This document shows, in pieces, positions 1-8,143 of a DNA stretch of 64,000 nt. Source of the stretch: an uncultured Chloroflexia bacterium (GTDB taxonomy: Bacteria; Chloroflexota; Limnocylindria; Limnocylindrales; CSP1-4); assembly GCA_963748625.1 (NCBI GenBank), contig CAVVJT010000007.1, positions 224,001-288,000 on the forward strand, written 5' to 3'. Position 1 is the stretch's first letter. Every line of letters starts with the position of its first letter. Below the pieces are notes generated by a model, which was not told the DNA's origin, searched no databases, and saw only the letters and a list, made by a program, of their open reading frames with translations. Made by a program: the position numbers and the translations under genes.

Positions 1-2
1 CG

Positions 3-191
3 TTCGACCCAGAGCTCGAGCGGCTGCTGCTCGACACCTTCCCCGATGTCTGGAAGGCCTGGGAGCTCGGCAGGCTCGCGCCCGAGGAGTTCGAGGCGTT
101 CGGGCCGGTCCAGCACTTCCGGGACAACTTCCTCGCCGGCTGGAACGGCGTGCTCGCGATGATTGCCGAGCGCCGGGTGGCGGCCGGCTAG
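3..191 (+). CDS. 3' end of a probable transaldolase-family protein (partial, runs off window start)
   Basis: Manual translation FDPELERLLLDTFPDVWKAWELGRLAPEEFEAFGPVQHFRDNFLAGW...AG*. Resembles the C-terminus of transaldolase-like proteins; not in the ORF track. Confidence 0.5.
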   Translation, partial: FDPELERLLLDTFPDVWKAWELGRLAPEEFEAFGPVQHFRDNFLAGWNGVLAMIAERRVAAG

Positions 192-200
192 ACAGGATCG

Positions 201-231
201 CGTAACCCCCGGGTCATGCCCGGGGGTTACG
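201..231. terminator. Bidirectional hairpin between convergent genes
   Basis: Perfect 13-bp stem CGTAACCCCCGGG-TCATG-CCCGGGGGTTACG. Confidence 0.75.
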
Positions 232-1081
232 GAGCCGCGACGAGCCGCTGGCGCTGGCGCCCCAGGCCGGTGACCCCGAGCTCGACCACATCGCCCGGCC
301 GCAGGAACGGCTTGTCCGGGTGGCCCATCGCCACGCCGGGGGGCGTGCCCGTGTCGATGATGTCGCCTGGCTCGAGCACGATGTACTGGCTCAGATGGCG
401 GATGATCTGGGCGACCCCGAAGACCAGCGTCCCGGTGTTGCCGGTCTGACGCCGCACCCCGTTGACGTCGGTCCACAGGTCGAGGTTGGCGGGGTCGGAC
501 ACCTCGTCCGGCGTCACGAGCCACGGACCGGCCGGGTTGAAGGTCTCGCACGACTTGCCCTTGGTCCACTGGGTGCCACGCTCGAGCTGGAACTCCCGCT
601 CGGAGACGTCGTTGCAGACCATGTACCCGGCAACGGCCGCCTGCGCCTCCTCGTCCGTGTCGAGATAGCGGCAGGTCTGGCCGATCACGACGCCAAGCTC
701 CACCTCCCAGTCGGTCTTCAGCGATCCGCGCGGAATCCGGACATCGTCATACGGTCCCGAGATCGCGTTGGACGACTTGATGAAGAAGATCGGCTCGGGC
801 GGGAGGGCCAGGCCAGCCTCCGCCGCATGGTCGGCGTAGTTGAGGCCGATGCAGAAGATGTTGCCCGGGCGCGCGACGGGAGCTCCGAGTCGGATCCCCT
901 CGAGGTCGACCACCGGACCGGCGCCCGCGGCGACGATCGGCCGCAGCGCATCGATCCCACCGCCGGCGAAGAAGGCCCGGTCGAAGTCCCTGACGTGATC
1001 GCCCACGTCGAGTGCGTGCTGGTCGTCGACGAGCACCCCGGGGCGTTCCGCACCTGCGGGCCCGAAGCGGACGAGCCTCAT
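227..1081 (-). CDS. Fumarylacetoacetate hydrolase family protein
   Basis: CIGLNYADH, DWEVELGVVIG, NDVSER, KGKSCETF and TGTPPGV motifs. Confidence 0.92.
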   Translation of the reverse strand: MRLVRFGPAGAERPGVLVDDQHALDVGDHVRDFDRAFFAGGGIDALRPIVAAGAGPVVDLEGIRLGAPVARPGNIFCIGLNYADHAAEAGLALPPEPIFFIKSSNAISGPYDDVRIPRGSLKTDWEVELGVVIGQTCRYLDTDEEAQAAVAGYMVCNDVSEREFQLERGTQWTKGKSCETFNPAGPWLVTPDEVSDPANLDLWTDVNGVRRQTGNTGTLVFGVAQIIRHLSQYIVLEPGDIIDTGTPPGVAMGHPDKPFLRPGDVVELGVTGLGRQRQRLVAAP

Positions 1082-1123
1082 GAGTGGCCTCCTCGTGTCA
1101 CGGCTGACATGGTCGAGCCACGG

Positions 1124-1645
1124 TCACCCGTGGTCGGGGCGCGTCGCGGCGTCCCCCTGGATGGGCCCGGTCGCCGGCTTGGCGCCGCGCCGGTAGACAA
1201 GAACGCTGCGCTCGTACTCGATGACGGTCTCGTTGCGCTGGTTGTAGCCTCGGGTGCGCACCCGGACGAGACCCTGTGTCGGCCGGCTCTTCGACGGCCG
1301 GGTCTCGAGGACTTCCGATTCGGCGTAGATCGTGTCGCCTGCGAAGACCGGGTTGGGCAGCCGGACGGCATCCCAGCCCAGGTTGGCAACGGCGTTCTGG
1401 CTCACGTCGGCCACGGAGAGCCCGGTCACGATCGCCAGGGTCAGCGTGCTCACCACGAGCGGGCGTCCGAACTCGGTCCGTGCCGCATAGTCCGCGTTGT
1501 AGTGGACCGGGTGGGGGTTGTTGGTCAGCAGCGTGAACCAGGTGTTGTCCGTCTCCGTGATGGTCCTGCCGTACGGGTGACGGTAGAGATCCCCCACCAC
1601 GAAGTCCTCGAAGTAGCGGCCATCCCAGCCGGGCACCACGGGCAT
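1124..1645 (-). CDS. MaoC/hotdog-fold acyl-CoA (de)hydratase
   Basis: GRYFEDFVVGD, RTITETDN, NPHPVH and PVFAGDTI motifs; GGAGG RBS before ATG at 1645. Confidence 0.88.
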   Translation of the reverse strand: MPVVPGWDGRYFEDFVVGDLYRHPYGRTITETDNTWFTLLTNNPHPVHYNADYAARTEFGRPLVVSTLTLAIVTGLSVADVSQNAVANLGWDAVRLPNPVFAGDTIYAESEVLETRPSKSRPTQGLVRVRTRGYNQRNETVIEYERSVLVYRRGAKPATGPIQGDAATRPDHG

Positions 1646-1661
1646 TGCGTGCCTCCTCTCC

Positions 1662-2930
1662 TCAGCCGGCGGCCGACCGCGCGTCATCGAGCTCGTCCGC
1701 GCTGATCACACCGAGCGCCGCCGCACGTGACGGGTCGAACCGGCCGGCCGCGACGGCCCTCCGCAGCAGCGCCCGGGCGTGGCGGTCCGTCGCGCGGTCC
1801 GCCATCGTGCCGCCGATCATGGTGGCGCCCTTCCCTTCCTCCTCGACGGCGGCCCGGTACACCCCGAGCGCCGCGACGGCCTCCTCCAGGGCAGGAGCGC
1901 CGGTCGGGCCATCGAACGCCAGCAGGGTGGCGAACAGCTGCGCCGGATGCCCGACCCACTTGCCGGTCATGCCCAGGTCGCGCGCGCGGAGGGCGTCACG
2001 GTGGCAGAGCGCCATGCGCTCGAGGAACCGCTCCCGGTTGGCCTCCGCATCCAGGGACGGGTCCGCGACGGGATAGGCAAGCGTCATGCCATCCAGCGAT
2101 GGGACGCCCACCGCGCCCGCGACGTTGACGATCTCCGCACGCACCCAGTCGGCGATCGGGTGATCGATGGCAATCTCGGGCAGCCCGAGGTCCGCCGAGT
2201 AGTCCGCCAGCCCATAGACCAGTGAGGCGAGCCGCGGGGCGGCTCGGCGGGCGATCTCCGGGAGCTGCGCCGCACACCAGCCCGACTCCACGAGGAACCC
2301 GACCCGGATCCGACGTACCGGCAGCGACAGCGCATCCTCGACCTCGTCGAGGATGGCGTAGAGGACGTCGACCTCCTCCGGGTGGTCCACCTTGGGGAAG
2401 ATGATCCCGTCGACGGGATAGGTCGCCGGGTCGCCGGTCGAGGCGGCGAGAAGGACGGCGACCAGGTCGGCGCCCGCGCCGGCGAGACCGAAGCCTGGTG
2501 GTCGGTAGAAGCGGAGCGTGGTTCCCCACGCGGCGGTCCTGAGCGTGAGGCCGGCCACCCGCCGGGCTTCAGCCCGCGTGTCCTCGCGCTGGGCGGTCGC
2601 GTCCTCCCCGTCGAGCATCACCAGGGGTGCCCGGCGCGGCGCCGCGAGCAGCGCGGCGACCCGGTCCGTCGGCACGTCCAGGCGGTCAGCCAGCTCCGCG
2701 GGCTCGATCCGCCAGCGCTCCATGAGCCGCGCGGTGGCAGCCGTTCCACCCTCGACGGCCTTCCGGGCCATGGACTCGTTGTCGGCCGGTGTCGTGAAGT
2801 GCGCCTGCTGGCGCCAGTAGCGCAGCGGCAGGTCCGTGACCCGGTCCGCGACGGATGCCCTGAGAGCGGCGATCCGCGCCTCGGCGGATGTCGCGAGCGC
2901 CGTCTCCATGTCCCGGTCCGCAGGGCTCAC
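1662..2930 (-). CDS. CitE/HpcH-HpaI family acyl-CoA lyase-like protein
   Basis: MLDGED, FPKV, LVES, GLADYSADLG and GMTGKWVGHPAQ motifs; C-terminal GTMAD. Confidence 0.82.
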   Translation of the reverse strand: MSPADRDMETALATSAEARIAALRASVADRVTDLPLRYWRQQAHFTTPADNESMARKAVEGGTAATARLMERWRIEPAELADRLDVPTDRVAALLAAPRRAPLVMLDGEDATAQREDTRAEARRVAGLTLRTAAWGTTLRFYRPPGFGLAGAGADLVAVLLAASTGDPATYPVDGIIFPKVDHPEEVDVLYAILDEVEDALSLPVRRIRVGFLVESGWCAAQLPEIARRAAPRLASLVYGLADYSADLGLPEIAIDHPIADWVRAEIVNVAGAVGVPSLDGMTLAYPVADPSLDAEANRERFLERMALCHRDALRARDLGMTGKWVGHPAQLFATLLAFDGPTGAPALEEAVAALGVYRAAVEEEGKGATMIGGTMADRATDRHARALLRRAVAAGRFDPSRAAALGVISADELDDARSAAG

Positions 2931-4399
2931 TCTGCAGCGTCCTCGAACAGGCCGCGCACGAGCTCGATCGCGGTGTCCCGGATGATCCCGGCGACCGCCG
3001 GATCGAACGGCGCCGGATGGCCGTACCCGCGATGGGAGACTGCGGGCTCATACCCCCCGAACGGGTATTCCTCGGGCGTCGCCACGTACCCGAGAACGCC
3101 CTGGCAGTAGCCGGCAAAGATGGTGGTCGCGGCGGGCGACGCGGCCCGGACGGCAGCCCCGATCTCGCTGAAGATCTCGCCGGGTGCGCCGACAATGGCG
3201 CAGTCACCCACGCGCGCCGCCCAGATCTCGCCGTCGAGCGCCTCGTCCAGCGTACCCGCCCGTGCCCCGGCGAGCGTCTGCTGGAGCCAGGCGATGTGAT
3301 ACGCGATCGGGTTGGTGACCTCCCGACCGGCGCCTTCCGCCCTCCTGCCGGCCAGGCCTGCCTGCCGTTCTGCCAGCTCGGCCGCGAGCGCCTCGGCCGA
3401 GGGAGTCGCCAGGAGCGGAAGCCGGACGATGCGCCTTACGCTGGCCAGCGGCTGGGACATCTGGTCCTCGGCCACCCGGCGCCGGTACAGGCTGATGGGC
3501 GTGACCGACCCGTAGGCGATGTGGTCGATCGTGGAACGCCAGGGCTCGACGTCGGCGACGGCATGGGCGGCTTCAAGGGCCAGCCGATGGCCCATCGGCT
3601 CGTCGTCCGCCGCGTCCTCGCCGAACGCCTCGAGCGGCAGCACGTTCCCCGCCGCACCCTGTAGGAACAGGGTCGTTCCTCCGCCCAGGGGCCCATCCAG
3701 CCGCTCCCGCAGGGGACCGACGAAGTCGGATCCCACCAGGGGAACCTCTGGTCCGACGGTGACCGGGTGGCACCCGAAGCCAACCAGCGTGGCGATCGGC
3801 CGAGACCGTCGGCGCTCAGGCCTCGCGTCGATGCGCACGGTGGGCACCTCGTCGTCGAGGAATCCGTCCGGGTTCCAGCCCAGGATCGTGCGCCCATCCG
3901 GCGTCCGCTCGCGGCGGTTGACGGCGATGCCGGGGGCCCGTCCGGTGGCACCCGCGACGCGCGCCTCGACCAGTCGGTCGGCCGCCTGGACGGCTGCGGA
4001 GGCATACAGGGCGGGTACCTGGTCCCACCACCCACGCTCGACGTCGGTCCACCCGTCGAACTCCCCGCCCATCTTGATCGTGGCACCGGGCCAGGGCGCG
4101 GCGTGGGAGTGACTCGAGTTGAGGAGCACCTGCTCGGGCGTGCAGCCCACGGCCCGGGCCACCACGCCCCGGATCCGGTCCGCCATGGGCGTCGTGAGGC
4201 CCGTCACGTCGCCCGTGATGATGACCAGCGTCGTCGGGCCGGACTGCAGGACCACGGCCCGCGCCTGCAGTGGGGAGTGGACCCGGCGAGGCGCCGTCGC
4301 CCGCCGGACATAGCCGAGCACGTCGACCGGCAGGGGCGGGGTGATGTCGACGACCGCCGCGCCCGCGAGCATCGTGCCCCCGGGGGTGCCAGGGCTCAT
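2927..4399 (-). CDS. Neutral/alkaline ceramidase-like metal-dependent amidase
   Basis: VDITPP, SHSHAAP, NRR, CHP, FLQGAAGNV, PGEIF and GGYE motifs; overlaps neighbouring genes by 4 bp. Confidence 0.7.
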   Translation of the reverse strand: MSPGTPGGTMLAGAAVVDITPPLPVDVLGYVRRATAPRRVHSPLQARAVVLQSGPTTLVIITGDVTGLTTPMADRIRGVVARAVGCTPEQVLLNSSHSHAAPWPGATIKMGGEFDGWTDVERGWWDQVPALYASAAVQAADRLVEARVAGATGRAPGIAVNRRERTPDGRTILGWNPDGFLDDEVPTVRIDARPERRRSRPIATLVGFGCHPVTVGPEVPLVGSDFVGPLRERLDGPLGGGTTLFLQGAAGNVLPLEAFGEDAADDEPMGHRLALEAAHAVADVEPWRSTIDHIAYGSVTPISLYRRRVAEDQMSQPLASVRRIVRLPLLATPSAEALAAELAERQAGLAGRRAEGAGREVTNPIAYHIAWLQQTLAGARAGTLDEALDGEIWAARVGDCAIVGAPGEIFSEIGAAVRAASPAATTIFAGYCQGVLGYVATPEEYPFGGYEPAVSHRGYGHPAPFDPAVAGIIRDTAIELVRGLFEDAAE

Positions 4400-5127
4400 G
4401 CCAGCGGCGACCCTTCCGGCGGACCTGCCTCGAACAGTGAGGCCGGCTGCTCCAGGGAGGCCTTGAGGTCCGCGAGAAACCGGGCCGCTGCTGCGCCATC
4501 CACCGCCCGGTGATCCGCCGACAGCGTCGCGGTCATCACCCGTCGCACCGTGACGACGCCGTCGCGGACAACGGCTCGCTCGGCGGCGCGTGCCGTGGCC
4601 AGGATCGCCACCTGGGGCGGAACGACGATCGCGGTGAAGCTGTCGATCGGGAACATGCCGAGGTTGGACAGGGTGAACGTCGCGTCGGTCAGCTCGACCG
4701 CGCGCAGGCGCTTCGCGCGCGAGCGCGTCACAAGATCCCGCAGCGCGACAGCAGCCGCGTCGAGGTCGAGTCCGCCGCAGTCGAGCAGGGCGGGCGCGAT
4801 CAGGCCGTCAGGCAGGTCCACCGCGATCCCCACGTTGACCGCGTCGACGAGCTCGAGCACCTCGCCGTTCCAGACCGCATTGAAGGCCGGGTGGGCGCGG
4901 AGCGCGGCGGCGAGTGCGACCACGAGCGCTGCTGTGACGCTCACCCGGTCCTCGCGCTCGCGACCCTCGTTGTGCGCCGCGAGGGACGCGAGGAGCGCAT
5001 CCATCTCGATGTCGGCGGACTCGTAGAAGTGGGGCGCCTGCTGCTTGGACGCGGTCATGCGCTGCGCGATCGCCTTGCGCATGGAGGTGAAGACCACCGG
5101 GTGGCGGCCCGGTCCGGGTTCGCTCAT
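4396..5127 (-). CDS. 2-oxoacid dehydrogenase E2 acyltransferase, catalytic domain only
   Basis: MRKAIAQRM, FTLSNLG and LSADHRAVDG motifs; no lipoyl or E3-binding domain. Confidence 0.9.
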   Translation of the reverse strand: MSEPGPGRHPVVFTSMRKAIAQRMTASKQQAPHFYESADIEMDALLASLAAHNEGREREDRVSVTAALVVALAAALRAHPAFNAVWNGEVLELVDAVNVGIAVDLPDGLIAPALLDCGGLDLDAAAVALRDLVTRSRAKRLRAVELTDATFTLSNLGMFPIDSFTAIVVPPQVAILATARAAERAVVRDGVVTVRRVMTATLSADHRAVDGAAAARFLADLKASLEQPASLFEAGPPEGSPLA

Positions 5128-5133
5128 CGTGCG

Positions 5134-5379
5134 CTACGCCCCGTCATCGAGGTACCCGATGATCTCGCCGACCGGCACGTCGGAGCCCGCATCGTGGACG
5201 ATCTCCACGAGGGTCCCGGCGTCGATGGCTTCCATGTCCACGGTCGCCTTGTCGGTCTCGACCTCGGCCAGGACATCGCCGCGGCGGACCGCGTCGCCAA
5301 CCTGCTTGGACCAGGAGGCGATGCGGCCGGACTCCATGTCGTAGCCGAGGTTCGCCATTGCAATCGGGATCCGTGCCAT
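5134..5379 (-). CDS. Stand-alone lipoyl domain protein (81 aa)
   Basis: MARIPIAMANLGYDMESG...EVETDKATVD; GGAGG RBS. It is the C-terminal part of the spurious 713-aa ORF. Confidence 0.9.
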   Translation of the reverse strand: MARIPIAMANLGYDMESGRIASWSKQVGDAVRRGDVLAEVETDKATVDMEAIDAGTLVEIVHDAGSDVPVGEIIGYLDDGA

Positions 5380-5441
5380 CGGGCCTCCCACTCGGTGTGC
5401 CGCTGAACCCGGTTCCCGGAGCCGCCGTGGGACCGGGCGGG

Positions 5442-5457
5442 CTGCAAAGGTTTCCAG
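5442..5457. promoter_or_regulatory. LacI-type operator
   Basis: CTGCAAAGGTTTCCAG, just downstream of a minus-strand -10 TATCAT (5460-5465). Confidence 0.7.
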
Positions 5458-5515
5458 CCATGATAGCGGACAGGGCGCCGCTGGGCGACGCTCGTCGCGC
5501 ACCGAATTGCCGGAT

Positions 5516-5532
5516 TGCCCGATTGCCCTACA
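5516..5532. promoter_or_regulatory. 7-3-7 inverted-repeat operator (motif B)
   Basis: TGCCCGA-TTG-CCCTACA in a divergent intergenic region. Confidence 0.6.
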
Positions 5533-5610
5533 ACATGCTAGGTTCTGCCCAGCGAGGGCGCGGCCAGGCGAGAGCACCCCACCGTCCTGCGGCGACGCCA
5601 GGGAGGACAG

Positions 5611-6633
5611 ATGCCGACATCCGCGGAGCGGGTGGCCACCGCGCTCCGGGGCGAGCAGCCCGATCGTGTGCCCTACTGCGAGGTGTACCTCAGCCGCGCG
5701 TTCGCCGCGCCGCTGATGGGCTGGTCGCCGACCGCCGCCCACACCAACTTCGAGGAGAACGAGTTCTCGCTCGATGAGGCGAAGGCCGTCGCGGAACGGC
5801 TCGGCATGGACAACATCACGTATGTCCTGCGGGCTCCCGTCTACGCGGACAAGGAGTACGGGCAGGAAGGCACGCTGTTCTACGGCAGGGGCCAGATCGC
5901 CACGCAGGCGGACCTGGCGATGGTCCGCCTGCCGGACCCCACCGACCCTGCCCTGTACACCGAGGCTGCGGCGTTCGCAGCCGGCAAAGGCCCCTTCTCC
6001 GCCTGGTTCATCACGCGGATGGGGATCTCGCCCGCCATGCTGAGCATGGGGATCGAGTCGTTCTGCCTCGCCCTGTACGACGATCTGCCGCTGATCGAGC
6101 GGCTCCTGGACCTGTACGTGGACTGGGCGGAGGCGGTCGCCGAGCGCATCTGCGGGCTTGGCTTCGACGTGTTCGTCACCACCGACGACATCGCCCACGG
6201 GACCGGCCCGTTCTTCTCGCCGCGCGTCTTCCGCGAGCTTGTCCGCCCGCGCCTGGAGCGCCTCGCCCGCAAGATCACGATCCCCTGGCTGTTCCACAGC
6301 GACGGCGACGTGACCTCGTTCCTCGACGACCTGGTCGAGGTCGGCATCACGGCGATCCAGCCGGTCGAGCCACGGGCGATGGACATCCGCGCCGTGAAGC
6401 GAAGGTACGGAGACCGGCTGTGCCTGTGCGGCAACGTGGACATGGACCTCCTCGCCCGGGGAACCACAGGTGACGTCGACCGGACGGTGCGCGAGCTGAT
6501 CCGGGACATCGCTCCCGGTGGCGGGTACATCGTGACGAGCGGCAACAGCCTGGCCCACTACTGCCGCCCCGAGAACGCACAGGCCATGGCGGCGGCCGTC
6601 AGGCGCTATGGGACCTACCCGATCGCCGGCTGA
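5611..6633 (+). CDS. Uroporphyrinogen decarboxylase (URO-D) family protein
   Basis: GEQPDRVP, TDDIA, FHSDG, LCGNVD and GGGYIVTSGNS motifs. Confidence 0.82.
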   Translation: MPTSAERVATALRGEQPDRVPYCEVYLSRAFAAPLMGWSPTAAHTNFEENEFSLDEAKAVAERLGMDNITYVLRAPVYADKEYGQEGTLFYGRGQIATQADLAMVRLPDPTDPALYTEAAAFAAGKGPFSAWFITRMGISPAMLSMGIESFCLALYDDLPLIERLLDLYVDWAEAVAERICGLGFDVFVTTDDIAHGTGPFFSPRVFRELVRPRLERLARKITIPWLFHSDGDVTSFLDDLVEVGITAIQPVEPRAMDIRAVKRRYGDRLCLCGNVDMDLLARGTTGDVDRTVRELIRDIAPGGGYIVTSGNSLAHYCRPENAQAMAAAVRRYGTYPIAG

Positions 6634-6687
6634 CCGAGGGTCCGTGGATCGAGCGACACGCGCCACCCAGCATGCGAGGTGAACGAC

Positions 6688-7155
6688 ATGGCATCCATCA
6701 CCGGATTCTTCCACGGCGGCGTCACGGTCCACGACATGGACATCGCGCTCCGGTTCTACGTCGAGGGCCTCGGCCTCGAGGTCCACCTGGACCGCGTCAT
6801 CGAGGGTCCGTACCTCAAGGGGCCGGGCGGAGTGCTGGGCCTCGACTTCGACACGATCCGGATCGCATATCTGCGAATCCCCGACTCGGATGGGTTCCTG
6901 GAGCTGCTGGAATACCGCGGAATCGAACGGCTGTCCGCCGCAGCACGCCCATGCGACTACGGCAGCGGCCACGTCTGCTTCTATGTCGACGATGTCGATG
7001 GGATCCACGATCGACTCGTGGCGATGGGCTACCACGCCCGATCGGCCACGCCGCGCTCGATCACCTCCGGACCCAACGAGGGCGCACGATCGGTCTACAT
7101 GCAGGATCCGGACGGATACCCGGTCGAGCTGTTCCAGAAGAAGCCGGCTCCCTGA
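6688..7155 (+). CDS. VOC/glyoxalase family protein
   Basis: HGGVTV, LELLEY, HVCFYV and DPDGYPVEL motifs (H/E/H/E ligands); GTG at 6679 is an alternative start. Confidence 0.88.
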   Translation: MASITGFFHGGVTVHDMDIALRFYVEGLGLEVHLDRVIEGPYLKGPGGVLGLDFDTIRIAYLRIPDSDGFLELLEYRGIERLSAAARPCDYGSGHVCFYVDDVDGIHDRLVAMGYHARSATPRSITSGPNEGARSVYMQDPDGYPVELFQKKPAP

Positions 7156-7181
7156 CGGCCGGGCGGCAGAGGAGGCACGTG

Positions 7182-7928
7182 ATGGGCGAGGCGAGCGGCC
7201 GGCTGGCCGTGGTGACGGGAGCAGGCAGCGGCATCGGGGCGGCGGTTGCGCGGCGACTCCTGGCCGAAGGTGCACGGGTCGTCGCGGTCGACATCAAGGA
7301 GGCCGGACTCGTTGCGCTCGCGCAGGCGGGCGCGACCCCATTGGTCGCCGACCTGGCGGACCCCGACGACCGGGCCCGGGTCATCTCCGCAGGCCAGGGC
7401 GCCCACTACCTCGTGAACTCGGCCGGGCTCCTGTTCGTGCGCTCGATCTGGGAGGTGGACACCCAGGAGTGGGCGCGGATCTGGGCGGTCAACATCGACT
7501 CCATGTTCTTCCTCTGCCAGGGGATCGGGCCGACCATGCCGGAGGGCGGTGCGATCGTGAACCTGTCCTCAAGCTCCGCCAAGCTCGCGAGCACCACCGA
7601 GGTGGCGCCCTACACGATGACCAAGGCGGCCGCCCTCGGGGTGACGCGATCGTTCGCCTACGCCCTGGCGCCGCGACGCGTCCGGGTCAACGCGATCTGC
7701 CCGGGGATCGTGGACACGCCGATGCAGGACGTCGTGCTCGAGCAGGTCGCCGCCCTCCGCGAGATCAGCGTCGGGCAGCTGTCGGAGGCGCGGATGCGCA
7801 CCGTCCCGCTTGGCCGGGCGTCATCGGCCGACGAGTGCGCAGGCGTCATCTGGTTCCTCCTGTCCGATGCGGCGGCCTACATGACCGGCCAGGCCGTGAA
7901 CTTCACCGGGGGCCTCGTGATGTGGTGA
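7182..7928 (+). CDS. SDR family oxidoreductase
   Basis: TGAGSGIG, NSAG, YTMTK and PG motifs; GGAGG RBS. Confidence 0.92.
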   Translation: MGEASGRLAVVTGAGSGIGAAVARRLLAEGARVVAVDIKEAGLVALAQAGATPLVADLADPDDRARVISAGQGAHYLVNSAGLLFVRSIWEVDTQEWARIWAVNIDSMFFLCQGIGPTMPEGGAIVNLSSSSAKLASTTEVAPYTMTKAAALGVTRSFAYALAPRRVRVNAICPGIVDTPMQDVVLEQVAALREISVGQLSEARMRTVPLGRASSADECAGVIWFLLSDAAAYMTGQAVNFTGGLVMW

Positions 7929-7977
7929 ATCGCCTTGACACCGGAGCCCGGCCCATGAGAGTGTTTCGCCCGCGTGA

Positions 7978-7993
7978 CTGCTAACGTTTCCAG
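7978..7993. promoter_or_regulatory. LacI-type operator
   Basis: CTGCTAACGTTTCCAG upstream of the ABC operon. Confidence 0.72.
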
Positions 7994-8054
7994 CCGAGGT
8001 AGCGGGCGCGCTGCGATCACATTCAAACGACACCTGGGGCCGTCAGGATCGCTC

Positions 8055-8082
8055 TTGACGAATTGCTGGATTGTCCTACAGT
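8055..8082 (+). promoter_or_regulatory. Sigma70-type promoter overlapped by a motif B operator
   Basis: TTGACG-16bp-TACAGT; TGCTGGA-TTG-TCCTACA at 8064-8080. Confidence 0.72.
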
Positions 8083-8143
8083 GTGTCAGGTCACAGTGGC
8101 CCATGGCGATTGTGAGCGCGAGTTGCGCAGAGGAGGAGACGGC

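Noticed and set aside
5611-6633. hemE heme biosynthesis gene
   Set aside because: It lacks the HemE MRQAGR signature and sits in a catabolic operon.
5134-7275. 713-aa ORF ending in a lipoyl domain
   Set aside because: Antisense shadow of three plus-strand genes. Only the last 81 codons are real.
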